A stretch of DNA of 64,000 nt from an uncultured Lachnospiraceae bacterium (GTDB taxonomy: Bacteria > Bacillota > Clostridia > Lachnospirales > Lachnospiraceae): positions 24,405 through 88,404 of the forward strand of contig CAZWXS010000003.1 in assembly GCA_964638005.1 (NCBI GenBank), in the 5' to 3' direction. Positions 48,782 through 59,369 of the stretch are shown one piece after another; the stretch's first letter is position 1, and the number at the start of each line of letters is the position of its first letter. A program made the translations under genes and the position numbers. The notes beneath the pieces are model-generated. The model was not told the origin of the DNA, did no database searches, and saw only the letters and a list, made by a program, of their open reading frames with translations.

Positions 48782-50257
48782 ATGAACATAACGATCAAAG
48801 AAGCACGTGAGAATGCCAAACAGCAGGAGAACGTCAGCACCGATATCAACGGAACCATCGGATGGTTTAACGAGAATCTGAGACTGGAGGATAACTTTGA
48901 CATTATATACCGCGTCATCACAGTCGGCGGAAAAAAAGCATGTTTTTATTATATCGACGGTTTTTGCAAGGATGATCTCATGCAGAAGATGCTGCAGTTC
49001 TTCTATTCGATCACACCGGAAGATATGCCGGATAATGCTCATGAGATGTGCAAGAAGTACATGCCGTACGTAGAGATTGATCTGGCGAGAGACAAAGATG
49101 TCATATTACAGTTTATCCTGTCCGGTGTATTGGCGTTCTTTGTAGATGGCTTTGATCAGTGTATCCTCATAGACTGCCGTACCTATCCTGCGCGTGACGT
49201 GTCAGAGCCTGAAAAGGATAAGACGATGCGCGGCTCCAAGGATGGTTTTGTAGAGACGTTGATTTTTAATACGGCATTGGTCAGGCGACGGATCAGAGAT
49301 ACCAATCTGTGTATGAAGATGATGAATGCAGGAGCGGCATCTAAGACGGATATTGTGGTCTGCTATATGGAAAATCGTGTGGATAAGGCTTTTTTGGAGC
49401 GATTGGTTCAAAGGATAGAGAACATCAAAGTGGATGCTCTTACCATGAGTCAGGAGAGCCTGGCTGAATGTATCTATCACCGTAAGTGGTTTAATCCGTT
49501 TCCGAAATTCAAGTATACAGAACGCCCGGACACTGCAACGGCACAGGTGCTGGAGGGGGATGTCATCATACTCGTGGACAACTCGCCGCAGGCAATGATC
49601 ATACCGACATCCATCTTTGACATTATTGAAGAGGCGGATGATTATTATTTTCCACCTATCACAGGGACATATCTGCGTCTGTCCAGAATGCTGATCGCGC
49701 TGCTTACTTTTTTGATTCCGCCGACCTTTTTGCTTCTTATGATGAATCCGGAATGGATACCGTCCGGATTTGCATTTATACAGGTCAAGGAAACGATCAA
49801 TGTGCCGCTGATCTGGCAGTTTTTGATTTTGGAACTGGCGATTGACGGCTTACGGCTGGCGGCAGTGAATACGCCGAATATGCTAAGCACGCCGCTCAGT
49901 ATCCTGGCGGGTTTGGTGCTGGGAGAGTTTTCTGTACAGTCCGGCTGGTTCAATGCAGAGGTAATGCTCTATATGGCATTTGTTGCAGTTTCGACCTATA
50001 CACAGGCAAATTATGAACTGGGTTATGCCTTGAAATTCATGCGCATGATTGCGCTGATACTGACAGCGATATTTGGTGTGTTCGGATATATTGCAGGTAT
50101 TGTCGTTTGTGTTGCGGCGATTGTCAGCAATAGGACGGTTGCCGATAAGTCCTATGTCTATCCGCTCATCCCGTTTCATTTTAAGGTATTGTGCAAGAGG
50201 CTGTTTCGAATGCGTATGTCAGGAGCCAATGACGGCAGCTCAAAATCCGTAGAATAA
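48782..50257 (+). CDS. GerA-family spore germination protein (A subunit / SpoVAF-like)
   Basis: GSKDGFVETLIFNTALVRRRIRD and a C-terminal 4-5 TM domain. GGAGGG RBS. There is no adjacent B or C subunit. Confidence 0.88.
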   Translation: MNITIKEARENAKQQENVSTDINGTIGWFNENLRLEDNFDIIYRVITVGGKKACFYYIDGFCKDDLMQKMLQFFYSITPEDMPDNAHEMCKKYMPYVEIDLARDKDVILQFILSGVLAFFVDGFDQCILIDCRTYPARDVSEPEKDKTMRGSKDGFVETLIFNTALVRRRIRDTNLCMKMMNAGAASKTDIVVCYMENRVDKAFLERLVQRIENIKVDALTMSQESLAECIYHRKWFNPFPKFKYTERPDTATAQVLEGDVIILVDNSPQAMIIPTSIFDIIEEADDYYFPPITGTYLRLSRMLIALLTFLIPPTFLLLMMNPEWIPSGFAFIQVKETINVPLIWQFLILELAIDGLRLAAVNTPNMLSTPLSILAGLVLGEFSVQSGWFNAEVMLYMAFVAVSTYTQANYELGYALKFMRMIALILTAIFGVFGYIAGIVVCVAAIVSNRTVADKSYVYPLIPFHFKVLCKRLFRMRMSGANDGSSKSVE

Positions 50258-50346
50258 AGAGTGAAATATCAAGATTGGGGTTTGAAAAGTATGACAAAAG
50301 ATGGTACTATAAGAAATAGAGAATATAATCATACGGGAGAAAGAAT

Positions 50347-51219
50347 ATGAGCGATTTTAAGATCAGTGTTTGTTCTACGGCAGATTTGCCGGAAAGCTAT
50401 ATCAAAGAAAATGAGCTGGGGGTGATCAGCCTTTCTTACATGTTCGATGACGGAGAGGTGCATAAAAGGGGGAATGACCTTCCGGAACCCGTATTTTACA
50501 GTAAAATGCGTTCCGGCATGATGCCGACGACCTCGCAGATCAATCCGGAGGAAGCCAAGGCAGCATTTGAGGAATATCTGAAAACGACAAATGAGATTTT
50601 ACAGATTGCTTTTTCTTCGGGACTCAGCGGCAGCTATAACAGTTTGAGGATTGCGGCTGAAGAGTTGATGGAGGAGAGAGAGGATGTCAAGATTATTGTG
50701 GTTGATACTTTGGCGGCATCTCTCGGAGAGGGCCTGCTCGTACACAAGGCAGTTCAGATGAAGAAGCAGGGTAAGAGCATTGAAGAGGTCGTGGAATGGT
50801 TAGAGGAACACAAGCTGAATCTGGTGCATATGTTTACAGTGGATGATTTGTTCCATCTGCACAGAGGCGGTCGTGTCAGCAAGGCAACGGCAGTATTCGG
50901 AACGATGGTCAATATCAAGCCGATTCTGCATGTGGATGATGAAGGTCATCTGATGCCGTTATCCAAGGTACGTGGGAGAAAGAAATCCTTGAATACACTT
51001 GTAGATTATATGGAAGATAAGATGGGTACGTACCGGGATCAAAACGATATTTTCTTCATCAGCCACGGCGATTCACTGGAGGATGCGGAATATGTAGCCG
51101 AAGAGGTCAAGAGAAGACTCGGAATAGACAGTTATCTGATCAATTATGTTTCACCGACGATCGGAGCACATTCGGGACCGGGAACCATAGCATTGTTTTT
51201 CTTGGGAGATAAGCGATGA
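50347..51219 (+). CDS. DegV family fatty-acid-binding protein
   Basis: CSTADLP, TSQINP and SSGLSGSYNS. Confidence 0.92.
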   Translation: MSDFKISVCSTADLPESYIKENELGVISLSYMFDDGEVHKRGNDLPEPVFYSKMRSGMMPTTSQINPEEAKAAFEEYLKTTNEILQIAFSSGLSGSYNSLRIAAEELMEEREDVKIIVVDTLAASLGEGLLVHKAVQMKKQGKSIEEVVEWLEEHKLNLVHMFTVDDLFHLHRGGRVSKATAVFGTMVNIKPILHVDDEGHLMPLSKVRGRKKSLNTLVDYMEDKMGTYRDQNDIFFISHGDSLEDAEYVAEEVKRRLGIDSYLINYVSPTIGAHSGPGTIALFFLGDKR

Positions 51220-51623
51220 ATATATTATTTTTTCTGACCCCAAAGAGTGAAGTGGAGTTTGCGCGCAGTGACAGTACGATCGGAGAGGTCATAGATATTT
51301 TGGAACGGAGTACATACACTGCCATACCGATAATCAACCGTAAGGGTGAATATAAGGGAACGATCTCAGAGGGCGATATTTTATGGACATTGAAAAATGA
51401 AGCAGACTATAATGCAAAGATGCTTATGGAACTGAAAGTATCCAAAATCGAACGAAGACAGAATCATGAGCCGGTCAAAGTGAATGCCAAGGTTCAGGAT
51501 ATGGTCAACAGAGCGATGAATCAGAATTTCGTGCCGGTGATTGACGATGATGATGTGTTTATCGGCATTGTAAAGAGAAAGGATATACTGCAGTATTATT
51601 TTGAACTAAACGAAAAGAAGTGA
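51216..51623 (+). CDS. CBS domain pair protein
   Basis: 135 aa. Two CBS-like repeats (AIPIINRKGEYKGTISEGDIL and FVPVIDDDDVFIGIVKRKDIL). ATGA overlap with degV. Confidence 0.85.
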   Translation: MNILFFLTPKSEVEFARSDSTIGEVIDILERSTYTAIPIINRKGEYKGTISEGDILWTLKNEADYNAKMLMELKVSKIERRQNHEPVKVNAKVQDMVNRAMNQNFVPVIDDDDVFIGIVKRKDILQYYFELNEKK

Positions 51624-51652
51624 AAGACAAAATAAAAAGTACGTAGGGGAAT

Positions 51653-53128
51653 ATGCGGATGTTGAATGAGAAAATCAAGATTAACAAGACACTGCTTGCA
51701 GGCTGGGGGACGGTAGTCGTTATTTTACTGCTGGCGTACATTCTGGAATTTGCAAAGGGCGAGAGGACTCTGGGTTATTTAATCGTATTTATTTTGTTTG
51801 GCGGAGTTCCGTATCTGTTTGCACAGCTGCTTTACCGTCGTGACAGGGAAAATGCACTGGTTAAATATATTGTGGCATATGGATACGCTGCGTTTTATTT
51901 ATTTGTTTTGCTGACAGGCGATACTGTATTGGTATTTACCTATGTGCTGCCGATTTTATCCTTGCTGATGTTATGCAATGAGGTAAAACTTTTGGTAGGA
52001 TTTGCTATCACATCGGTTGTTGGAAATGTCATCAGTATATGTTATCATATTTTTGTGGACGGAATGAACAGTTCTGACGATATAGCAAATTATGAGATTC
52101 AGATAGCAGCCACCTTATTGTGTATGATACTCACGATTGTTGCAACAAAAGTGTCCTCTGATATCAATCAGCACAAGCTGAAGAGAATCAGGGAACGTGA
52201 AGAAAAGCAGCAGGAAATGCTGGAAGCAATCCAGTCTTTCACACAGAATATCAATGTACATACACATGAGATTACCGGCAGTATGGGACAGATTACGGAG
52301 TCTGCCATTACTACGACATCTTCGATGCAGGAGGTTGCATCCAGCTCGGCGCAGACGGCTGATTCGATTCAGGAGCAGCTGACTAGGACGAGTGAGATTC
52401 AGGAGCATATAGAATCTGCGGTTGCATTGGCAGCGGGAATATTAGAGCTGTCACAGCAGACAGCCGATACAGTGCGGGCTGGCATCAACAATATGGAAGA
52501 ATTGGATTCCGGTGCAGAGACGACTCGTGAAAACAGCCAGATGGTTTCAGAAAAAGCAGAGAAGCTGCAGGAACGTACGGCACAGGCAATCGACATCATT
52601 TCGATTATCCACGGAATTGCAAATCAGACGAATCTGCTGGCACTCAATGCATCAATCGAGGCAGCCAGAGCGGGTGATGCAGGACGAGGATTTGCGGTTG
52701 TTGCCGATGAGATCAACGGACTTGCAAATCAGACCAAGGAAGCAACTGAGAATATCAGAGTCTTAATAGATGAATTGAGAGGCGAGGTGGCTTCCGTAGC
52801 CGATGCCATCGGTGAGATGACCCAGATTAGCCAGCGCCAGAATGAGACCATAGCAGAAGTCGGAAAGAACTTCAATGATATCAAGCAGACGGTTGAGACG
52901 GTATCCGAAAGAGCAAAGGTACAGGAGTCCCAGATGACAGAGATCAATGATGCCAATGCACGTATTGTCGAGAGCATCCATACGATTTCAGCCATCAGTG
53001 AAGAAGTAACGGCCGGCAGTCAGCAGACGCTGGATGTTACTGAGAAGAACAGATCGGTCACCGAGGAGGTAAACAGTGCAATACAGGCACTGAAGTCTGA
53101 GATGGAGCAATTATCTAAAATGCAGTAG
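51653..53128 (+). CDS. Methyl-accepting chemotaxis protein with a multi-TM N-terminal module
   Basis: Highly conserved signalling hairpin [28 protein letters not shown]. About 6 N-terminal TM helices and no obvious extracytoplasmic domain. Confidence 0.92.
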   Translation: MRMLNEKIKINKTLLAGWGTVVVILLLAYILEFAKGERTLGYLIVFILFGGVPYLFAQLLYRRDRENALVKYIVAYGYAAFYLFVLLTGDTVLVFTYVLPILSLLMLCNEVKLLVGFAITSVVGNVISICYHIFVDGMNSSDDIANYEIQIAATLLCMILTIVATKVSSDINQHKLKRIREREEKQQEMLEAIQSFTQNINVHTHEITGSMGQITESAITTTSSMQEVASSSAQTADSIQEQLTRTSEIQEHIESAVALAAGILELSQQTADTVRAGINNMEELDSGAETTRENSQMVSEKAEKLQERTAQAIDIISIIHGIANQTNLLALNASIEAARAGDAGRGFAVVADEINGLANQTKEATENIRVLIDELRGEVASVADAIGEMTQISQRQNETIAEVGKNFNDIKQTVETVSERAKVQESQMTEINDANARIVESIHTISAISEEVTAGSQQTLDVTEKNRSVTEEVNSAIQALKSEMEQLSKMQ

Positions 53129-53149
53129 GTCAAAAGGAAACATTTCAGT

Positions 53150-54637
53150 ATGAGCAATATGAGAGGCCTGGATACCCAGGTTAGAAAGTATAGAAGAGAA
53201 ATATTCAAGGAAATTGCCAATTTGGCATACACATCTAAGAATATCATAGACGATATCGAAGCGTTACCCTACAAAATCGTTCAAGCAGATGAACCCGAGT
53301 TTTGGGAGAATATCTATCGCGAGAGGGCAGTTGCCAGAGAGCACTGCCGCCTCGCAATGGGTATGTCTTTGCGCCCTGAAAATCAGCCGGTTCATGTGTC
53401 TCAGGGAGTAGAGGAAAGCAATATCGCGGAGAAGTATTATGAACCACCGCTGATGCAGGTGATTCCGTCTGCATGCAATGCCTGTCCGTTAAATGAGTAT
53501 TCGGTGACTGCGCATTGTATGGGTTGTGTGGCACGCCCCTGCAAAGAGGTCTGTCCCAAGGATGCTATTTATTTTAAGGACGGAAAGTCGCATATTGATC
53601 AGGACAAATGCATCAAATGCGGAAAATGTAAGGCGGTCTGTCCCTATGATGCAATCACACACAGAGTAAGACCTTGTATGGATGCATGCGGAGTCAATGC
53701 CATTGAGAGCGATGCTTACGGAAGAGCCTCTATCAATCCCGATAAATGCGTTTCCTGCGGTATGTGTATGGTGAGCTGTCCGTTTGGTGCAATTGCCGAT
53801 AAGTCACAGATCTTTCAGTTGATTCGTGCGATGCAGTCCGGACAGGAAGTCATTGCCGAAATCGCGCCTGCCTTTGTGGGACAATTCGGCAATAACATTA
53901 CCCCACAGATGCTGAAAAGTGCATTGAAGGAATTGGGTTTTGAAGAAGTTTATGAAACAGCAATCGGTGCAGATGCAGGTGCGATGGCAGAAGCCAAGCA
54001 CTATGTTGAAAAGGTGACTACGGGAGAATTACCGTTTTTATTGACCTCATGCTGCCCATCATGGGCAATGATGGCTAAGAAGCTGTTTCCCGAAACAATA
54101 GATTCGATTTCACGTGAGCTGACGCCTATGGTGGCGACTGCAAGATATATCAAGGAAAAGCATCCGCAGGCCCATGTCGTATTCATAGGCCCGTGTGCTG
54201 CCAAGAAGCTGGAAGCGAGCAGAAAGACAGTGCGTTCGGATGTGGATTTTGTAATCACCTTTGAAGAACTGGCAGGCATGTTTGATGCGAAAGGGCTGCT
54301 GCAGGAGCAGATCCAGGGAGAAGAGATAGAGGATGCGACCGGTGCCGGCAGAGGCTATGGTGTGGCAGGAGGTGTTGCTCAGGCGATTCAGGACTGTATT
54401 ACGCAGTATTACCCGGAAGCAGAGGTTCATATAGAACACGCAGAAGGTCTGTCGGACTGCAAGAAGATGCTGATGCTTGCAAAGGCAGGCAGAAAGAACG
54501 GCTGTCTGATTGAAGGTATGGCATGCCCGGGCGGTTGTGTGGCCGGAGCAGGAACCAATATACCGATCGCGGAAGCGGCCAAAAATGTGATTCAATTCAA
54601 GGAACAGGCAAAACAAAAGATACCGGAGGAAGAATAA
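53150..54637 (+). CDS. [FeFe]-hydrogenase family protein (two ferredoxin-type 4Fe-4S motifs plus an H-cluster domain)
   Basis: [12 protein letters not shown] and [13 protein letters not shown]-cluster motifs [16 protein letters not shown] and [14 protein letters not shown]. Confidence 0.88.
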   Translation: MSNMRGLDTQVRKYRREIFKEIANLAYTSKNIIDDIEALPYKIVQADEPEFWENIYRERAVAREHCRLAMGMSLRPENQPVHVSQGVEESNIAEKYYEPPLMQVIPSACNACPLNEYSVTAHCMGCVARPCKEVCPKDAIYFKDGKSHIDQDKCIKCGKCKAVCPYDAITHRVRPCMDACGVNAIESDAYGRASINPDKCVSCGMCMVSCPFGAIADKSQIFQLIRAMQSGQEVIAEIAPAFVGQFGNNITPQMLKSALKELGFEEVYETAIGADAGAMAEAKHYVEKVTTGELPFLLTSCCPSWAMMAKKLFPETIDSISRELTPMVATARYIKEKHPQAHVVFIGPCAAKKLEASRKTVRSDVDFVITFEELAGMFDAKGLLQEQIQGEEIEDATGAGRGYGVAGGVAQAIQDCITQYYPEAEVHIEHAEGLSDCKKMLMLAKAGRKNGCLIEGMACPGGCVAGAGTNIPIAEAAKNVIQFKEQAKQKIPEEE

Positions 54638-56088
54638 TGAAAAAGATCAGAACGCGATTTGCACCCAGTCCTACAGGAAGGATGCATGTAGGCAATCTCA
54701 GGACTGCTCTTTATGCATACCTGATCACCAAACATGAGGACGGTGACTTCATTTTAAGGATTGAGGATACCGATCAGGAACGCCTTGTGGAGGGAGCGGT
54801 TGATATTATTTACAGAACGCTTCAGAAGACAGGACTTGTGCATGATGAAGGACCGGATAAGGATGGTGGCGTCGGCCCATATGTACAGAGCGAACGACAG
54901 GCAGCGGGTATCTATATGGAATATGCCAAGCAGTTGATTGATAAAGGGGAGGCTTATTATTGCTTCTGCGATAAGGAACGGCTGGCAACTCTGACACAGG
55001 TCGTTGCAGGAAAAGAGATCAATGTCTATGATAAGCATTGTCTGCATTTGTCCAGGGAAGAAGTGGAACAGAATCTGGCTGAAGGGAAGCCGTTTGTTAT
55101 CCGCCAGAACAACAATCCGGAAGGAACTACGACCTTCCATGACGAGATATACGGAGACATCGAGGTGGACAACGCAGAGCTGGATGATATGATTCTGATC
55201 AAATCGGACGGATATCCCACCTATAACTTTGCTAATGTGGTTGATGATCATCTGATGGGCATCACACATGTGGTCAGAGGCAATGAATATTTGTCTTCAT
55301 CACCAAAATATAACCGGCTTTATGAGGCATTTGGCTGGGACGTTCCGGTTTATGTACATTGTCCGTTGATTACAGATGAAGAGCATCATAAGCTTTCAAA
55401 GCGTTCGGGACATTCTTCATATGAGGATTTGATTGACCAGGGCTTTTTATCAGAGGCGGTCGTGAATTTTGTGGCATTATTGGGATGGAGTCCGGAGGAC
55501 AATCAGGAGATTATGAGTCTTGCGGAACTGATCGATAAGTTTGACTACCGTCATATGAGCAAGTCACCGGCAGTATTCGACTATACGAAATTAAAGTGGA
55601 TGAACGGCGAATATATGAAAGCAATGGATTCGGATGTGTTTTATGAGAAGGCTTTGCCTTATATGAAGGAGATTATCCATAAGGAACTGGATTTCAAGAA
55701 GATTGCAGGCTTAGTGCAATCCCGAATCGAAATATTCCCGGATATTCAGGAGCATATAGACTTCTTTGAGGTGTTGCCGTCATATGATAAGGCGATGTAT
55801 ACGCACAAAAAGATGAAGACGGACGAGAACTCTTCCTTGGAGGTGCTAAAGGAACTGCTTCCGGTCTTTGAGGCACTCGAGGATTACAGTAATGATGCAC
55901 TTTATGCAGCACTTGTAAAGTACGTGGAGCAGAAAGGCTGCAAGAACGGATATGCGATGTGGCCGGTCAGAACTGCTGTTTCCGGAAAACAGATGACTCC
56001 CGGAGGTGCTACGGAAATCATGGAGATACTCGGTAAGGAAGAGTCTTTGAAGCGTATCAGAGCCGGAATCACATTACTGGAACAATAG
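54637..56088 (+). CDS. gltX: Glutamate--tRNA ligase
   Basis: [19 protein letters not shown] (HIGH) and KLSKRS (KMSKS). The ATG overlaps the upstream TAA (TAATG). Confidence 0.95.
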   Translation: MKKIRTRFAPSPTGRMHVGNLRTALYAYLITKHEDGDFILRIEDTDQERLVEGAVDIIYRTLQKTGLVHDEGPDKDGGVGPYVQSERQAAGIYMEYAKQLIDKGEAYYCFCDKERLATLTQVVAGKEINVYDKHCLHLSREEVEQNLAEGKPFVIRQNNNPEGTTTFHDEIYGDIEVDNAELDDMILIKSDGYPTYNFANVVDDHLMGITHVVRGNEYLSSSPKYNRLYEAFGWDVPVYVHCPLITDEEHHKLSKRSGHSSYEDLIDQGFLSEAVVNFVALLGWSPEDNQEIMSLAELIDKFDYRHMSKSPAVFDYTKLKWMNGEYMKAMDSDVFYEKALPYMKEIIHKELDFKKIAGLVQSRIEIFPDIQEHIDFFEVLPSYDKAMYTHKKMKTDENSSLEVLKELLPVFEALEDYSNDALYAALVKYVEQKGCKNGYAMWPVRTAVSGKQMTPGGATEIMEILGKEESLKRIRAGITLLEQ

Positions 56089-56096
56089 GAGAATCA

Positions 56097-57938
56097 ATGA
56101 GCATTTTACAGGCAAATCAGGCACAATTAAGTGCGATTACCCATGTGTCCGGTCCCATGCTGGTATTAGCGGGACCGGGATCCGGTAAGACCTTTGTCAT
56201 TACGGAGCGGATCCGATATCTGATTGAAGAGGCATGTGTCGCCCCGAGTGATATCTTGGTTATTACCTTTTCATCAGCTGCGGCTTCCCAGATGCAGGAA
56301 CGATACCGCCGCCGGTTGGACGAACCGTATACGCCGGTGACCTTTGGCACATTTCATGCAGTCTTTTTTCATATCTTACAGCATACCTATCAATATCAGT
56401 CTCAAAGCATTTTAAAAAATGAAGACAAAATCCAATACCTCAAAGAAATCATAGAAGAAAAGCAGTATACCGTTACCAATGAAGCTGAATGGCTGCAGGA
56501 GATGACGGCATACATATCGCGCAGAAAGAATGCATTTTCCCTGAATACCACATATGAGGAGACGGATTCGATGCTGTCAGATATCTTTTATGCATATCAG
56601 GACAAGTGCCGCACGGAGCGCCGATTGGACTTTGACGATATGCTGCTGCAATGCTATAGGCTGTTTGATACGAGAGTTGATATTCTGGAGGCATGGAGAG
56701 CACGATACAGGTACATTTTGATTGATGAATTTCAGGATATCAATGCCATACAATATGAGACTGTAAAAAAACTTGCGGGCGATACCTGCAACTTATTTGC
56801 AGTGGGTGATGATGACCAGTCCATTTATGGATTTCGGGGAGCAAAACCGGAGATTATGAGACGTTTTGAACAGGAGTGTCCGCATGTGAAGCGGGTCATC
56901 CTGAATCAGAACTATCGCTCAACGGCTCAGATTGTTGCAGCTTCAGAACGGTTGATCGGCCATAATAAAGCGAGGTATGCAAAGCATATGGAGGCGGCAG
57001 AGACATCTGACGGAAGTGTTATGATTCGCAGCTTTTCTGACCGTAATGAGGAGCTTGAGGCTGTGGCACAGGAAATCAAGCGGCTGTCCGAACGATATGC
57101 TTATGAAAGCATAGCAGTTTTATATCGTACAGGCATGACCGGAGGTGAGATTGCAGAACGGCTGATGCTCGCATCCGTTCCGTTTTACGCAAAAGAAAGG
57201 ATATCCAATCTGTATCAGCACGCCATTGCCAGGGACATGGTAGCGTATGCCAATCTGATATTGGGAGACCGGAGCAGGAAGACTTTTTATCAGATTATGA
57301 ATAAGCCGAAGAGATATATCAGTCGTGCAGCTGTTGCAAAGGAGAGATTTGATTATGGAGAACTGCTGCAATACTACAGCGATAAGGCATATGTTACGGA
57401 AGCTATTCTGAAACTGAAATATGACATTCGTTTTATGGAGCACATGGGGCCTTATAGCGCACTGCAATACATTGCCAAAGGGATCGGATACGAGAAATAC
57501 ATGATGTCCTATGCGGCAGAGAAGAACCAACAGCCGGAGCTTTTTATGCATGTCTTTGAAGAATTGCAGGAGCGTGCGAGAGAGTTTCAAACGATTCGGG
57601 AATGGCTGGAGCATATTGAGGAATGCAAAAAGACATTACATAGTGCGGAAAGCGGAAAACAGCAAGGGGTAGCATTATCAACCATACATGCTTCCAAGGG
57701 ACTGGAATATGATGTGGTTTTCATTCCGGACATTTATGAGGGGAATATACCACACGGCAGAGCTGATAGCTCTGAGGAGATCGAAGAGGAAAGAAGGATC
57801 TTTTATGTGGCGATGACGCGTGCCCGGCAGCTGCTGTATCTGTTTTATCCCAAAAAGCATTGTGGAAAAGAACTCGGATATTCCCGTTTTGTTAGCGAAA
57901 TCACAGGGAAAAGACGGCATTTTTTGCACAGGCGATAA
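56097..57938 (+). CDS. UvrD/PcrA-type SF1 DNA helicase (short, 613 aa)
   Basis: AGPGSGKT (Walker A), DEFQD, VGDDDQSIYGFRGA, QNYRS and HASKGLE. Confidence 0.9.
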   Translation: MSILQANQAQLSAITHVSGPMLVLAGPGSGKTFVITERIRYLIEEACVAPSDILVITFSSAAASQMQERYRRRLDEPYTPVTFGTFHAVFFHILQHTYQYQSQSILKNEDKIQYLKEIIEEKQYTVTNEAEWLQEMTAYISRRKNAFSLNTTYEETDSMLSDIFYAYQDKCRTERRLDFDDMLLQCYRLFDTRVDILEAWRARYRYILIDEFQDINAIQYETVKKLAGDTCNLFAVGDDDQSIYGFRGAKPEIMRRFEQECPHVKRVILNQNYRSTAQIVAASERLIGHNKARYAKHMEAAETSDGSVMIRSFSDRNEELEAVAQEIKRLSERYAYESIAVLYRTGMTGGEIAERLMLASVPFYAKERISNLYQHAIARDMVAYANLILGDRSRKTFYQIMNKPKRYISRAAVAKERFDYGELLQYYSDKAYVTEAILKLKYDIRFMEHMGPYSALQYIAKGIGYEKYMMSYAAEKNQQPELFMHVFEELQERAREFQTIREWLEHIEECKKTLHSAESGKQQGVALSTIHASKGLEYDVVFIPDIYEGNIPHGRADSSEEIEEERRIFYVAMTRARQLLYLFYPKKHCGKELGYSRFVSEITGKRRHFLHRR

Positions 57939-57940
57939 CA

Positions 57941-57969
57941 TTGACATCCCTCGGACGGTTCTATATAAT
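57941..57969 (+). promoter_or_regulatory. Consensus sigma-A promoter for rex
   Basis: TTGACA (57941-57946), 17 nt spacer, TATAAT (57964-57969). Confidence 0.7.
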
Positions 57970-58010
57970 AAGGGAAGAATGCAATGATGAGGAACTAGGA
58001 GGAACAGACC

Positions 58011-58661
58011 TTGGAGGAAAGAGAAATTTCCGGAGCGGTAATCGCAAGATTACCTAGATACTTCAGGTATTTGGGAGAGTTAAAGGACAGTGGAACCGAG
58101 AGAATCTCTTCGCAGGAACTCAGCGAGAAAATGAAGGTCACGGCTTCACAGATCCGACAGGATTTGAATAATTTCGGCGGTTTCGGCCAACAGGGATACG
58201 GATATAATGTAAAGTTCCTATATGAGGAAATTGGCAAGATATTAGGACTTGATCAAAAGCATAATCTGATTTTGATCGGTGCCGGCAATCTGGGTCAGGC
58301 GCTTGCTAACTATGTGAACTTTGAAAAGCGTGGTTTTATCATTAAGGGTATTTTTGATGCAAATGAAAATCTGTGCGGAAAAAGTGTGAGAGATATCCCG
58401 ATACGTCCGATGAATGAAATTAAGTCTTGTATGGAAGATTATGATATTGACATCGCAGTGCTTACCATCCCTAAGACAGAAGCGGTCAAGGTAGCAGAGG
58501 TGCTGGTGTCATATGGTATTCGGGCAATTTGGAATTTTGCGCATGTCGACCTGAATGTCCCGGAGGATGTCATGGTGGAAAATGTCCATCTGTCAGAGAG
58601 CCTCATGAAGTTGTCATATAATTTGAACAGATATCAGGAAGAACATAAAACGGACAGATAA
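58011..58661 (+). CDS. rex: Redox-sensing transcriptional repressor Rex
   Basis: RLPRYFRYL, SSQELS and the Rossmann motif LIGAGNLGQAL. TTG start 8 nt after AGGAGG. Confidence 0.92.
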   Translation: MEEREISGAVIARLPRYFRYLGELKDSGTERISSQELSEKMKVTASQIRQDLNNFGGFGQQGYGYNVKFLYEEIGKILGLDQKHNLILIGAGNLGQALANYVNFEKRGFIIKGIFDANENLCGKSVRDIPIRPMNEIKSCMEDYDIDIAVLTIPKTEAVKVAEVLVSYGIRAIWNFAHVDLNVPEDVMVENVHLSESLMKLSYNLNRYQEEHKTDR

Positions 58662-58676
58662 GGCGGTGATGGCATT

Positions 58677-59369
58677 ATGCCATTTTCAAACGAGAAGTTT
58701 ACCAAGGCCATTCAGAGCAAGAAGATCCCGGTATTGACATTGGATAATAAATGGCATCAGCTGTTTACACAGACCGGTATCACAAAGGAGATCAAGCAAC
58801 TGGAAAAGCAGCTGAATGATCTGCTGAAGAAACAGGGTAAGATGACGACCGAATTAAAGGATCTGAAGAAGATCAAGAGCAATTTGATGTCGGAGATCAT
58901 GAGTTCTACAGAGGCCATTGAAAAGGACGAGATTGATAAGAAGACAGAAAAGAAACTGAGCGATAACAAGCGTCTGATCAATGAAATCAATGAGAAGATG
59001 GAAAAGAATGAGGATGATCTTTATGAGATTCCGAAACAGATAGATGCTGTCAACCGTGAGCTGATGCAAAAGACAATGGAAGTCTGTTATATGAAGCTGC
59101 ATTCCAATTCTGACAGTATTGAGGAAATCGCAAGATGGATCAAGGAGATTAGAATCGAACTTAAGAAGAACATCATCCGCAAACAGGAGCAGGAGCAGAA
59201 TAATCTGGAGCTCTATTCCTATATGCATGACATATTCGGCGCGGAAGTGATGGAACTGTTTGACATGAAATATAATCCTCTGCAAAAAAAAGAAGCTGAG
59301 GACGCCATAAAGAAAGAAAACGCAGAACTAAAAAAGAAGGAGACATCCAATCAGGATGGACAGCAATGA
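58677..59369 (+). CDS. Hypothetical coiled-coil protein
   Basis: 230 aa, Lys/Glu-rich heptad-like sequence. ATGA-coupled to nnr. No family recognised. Confidence 0.7.
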   Translation: MPFSNEKFTKAIQSKKIPVLTLDNKWHQLFTQTGITKEIKQLEKQLNDLLKKQGKMTTELKDLKKIKSNLMSEIMSSTEAIEKDEIDKKTEKKLSDNKRLINEINEKMEKNEDDLYEIPKQIDAVNRELMQKTMEVCYMKLHSNSDSIEEIARWIKEIRIELKKNIIRKQEQEQNNLELYSYMHDIFGAEVMELFDMKYNPLQKKEAEDAIKKENAELKKKETSNQDGQQ

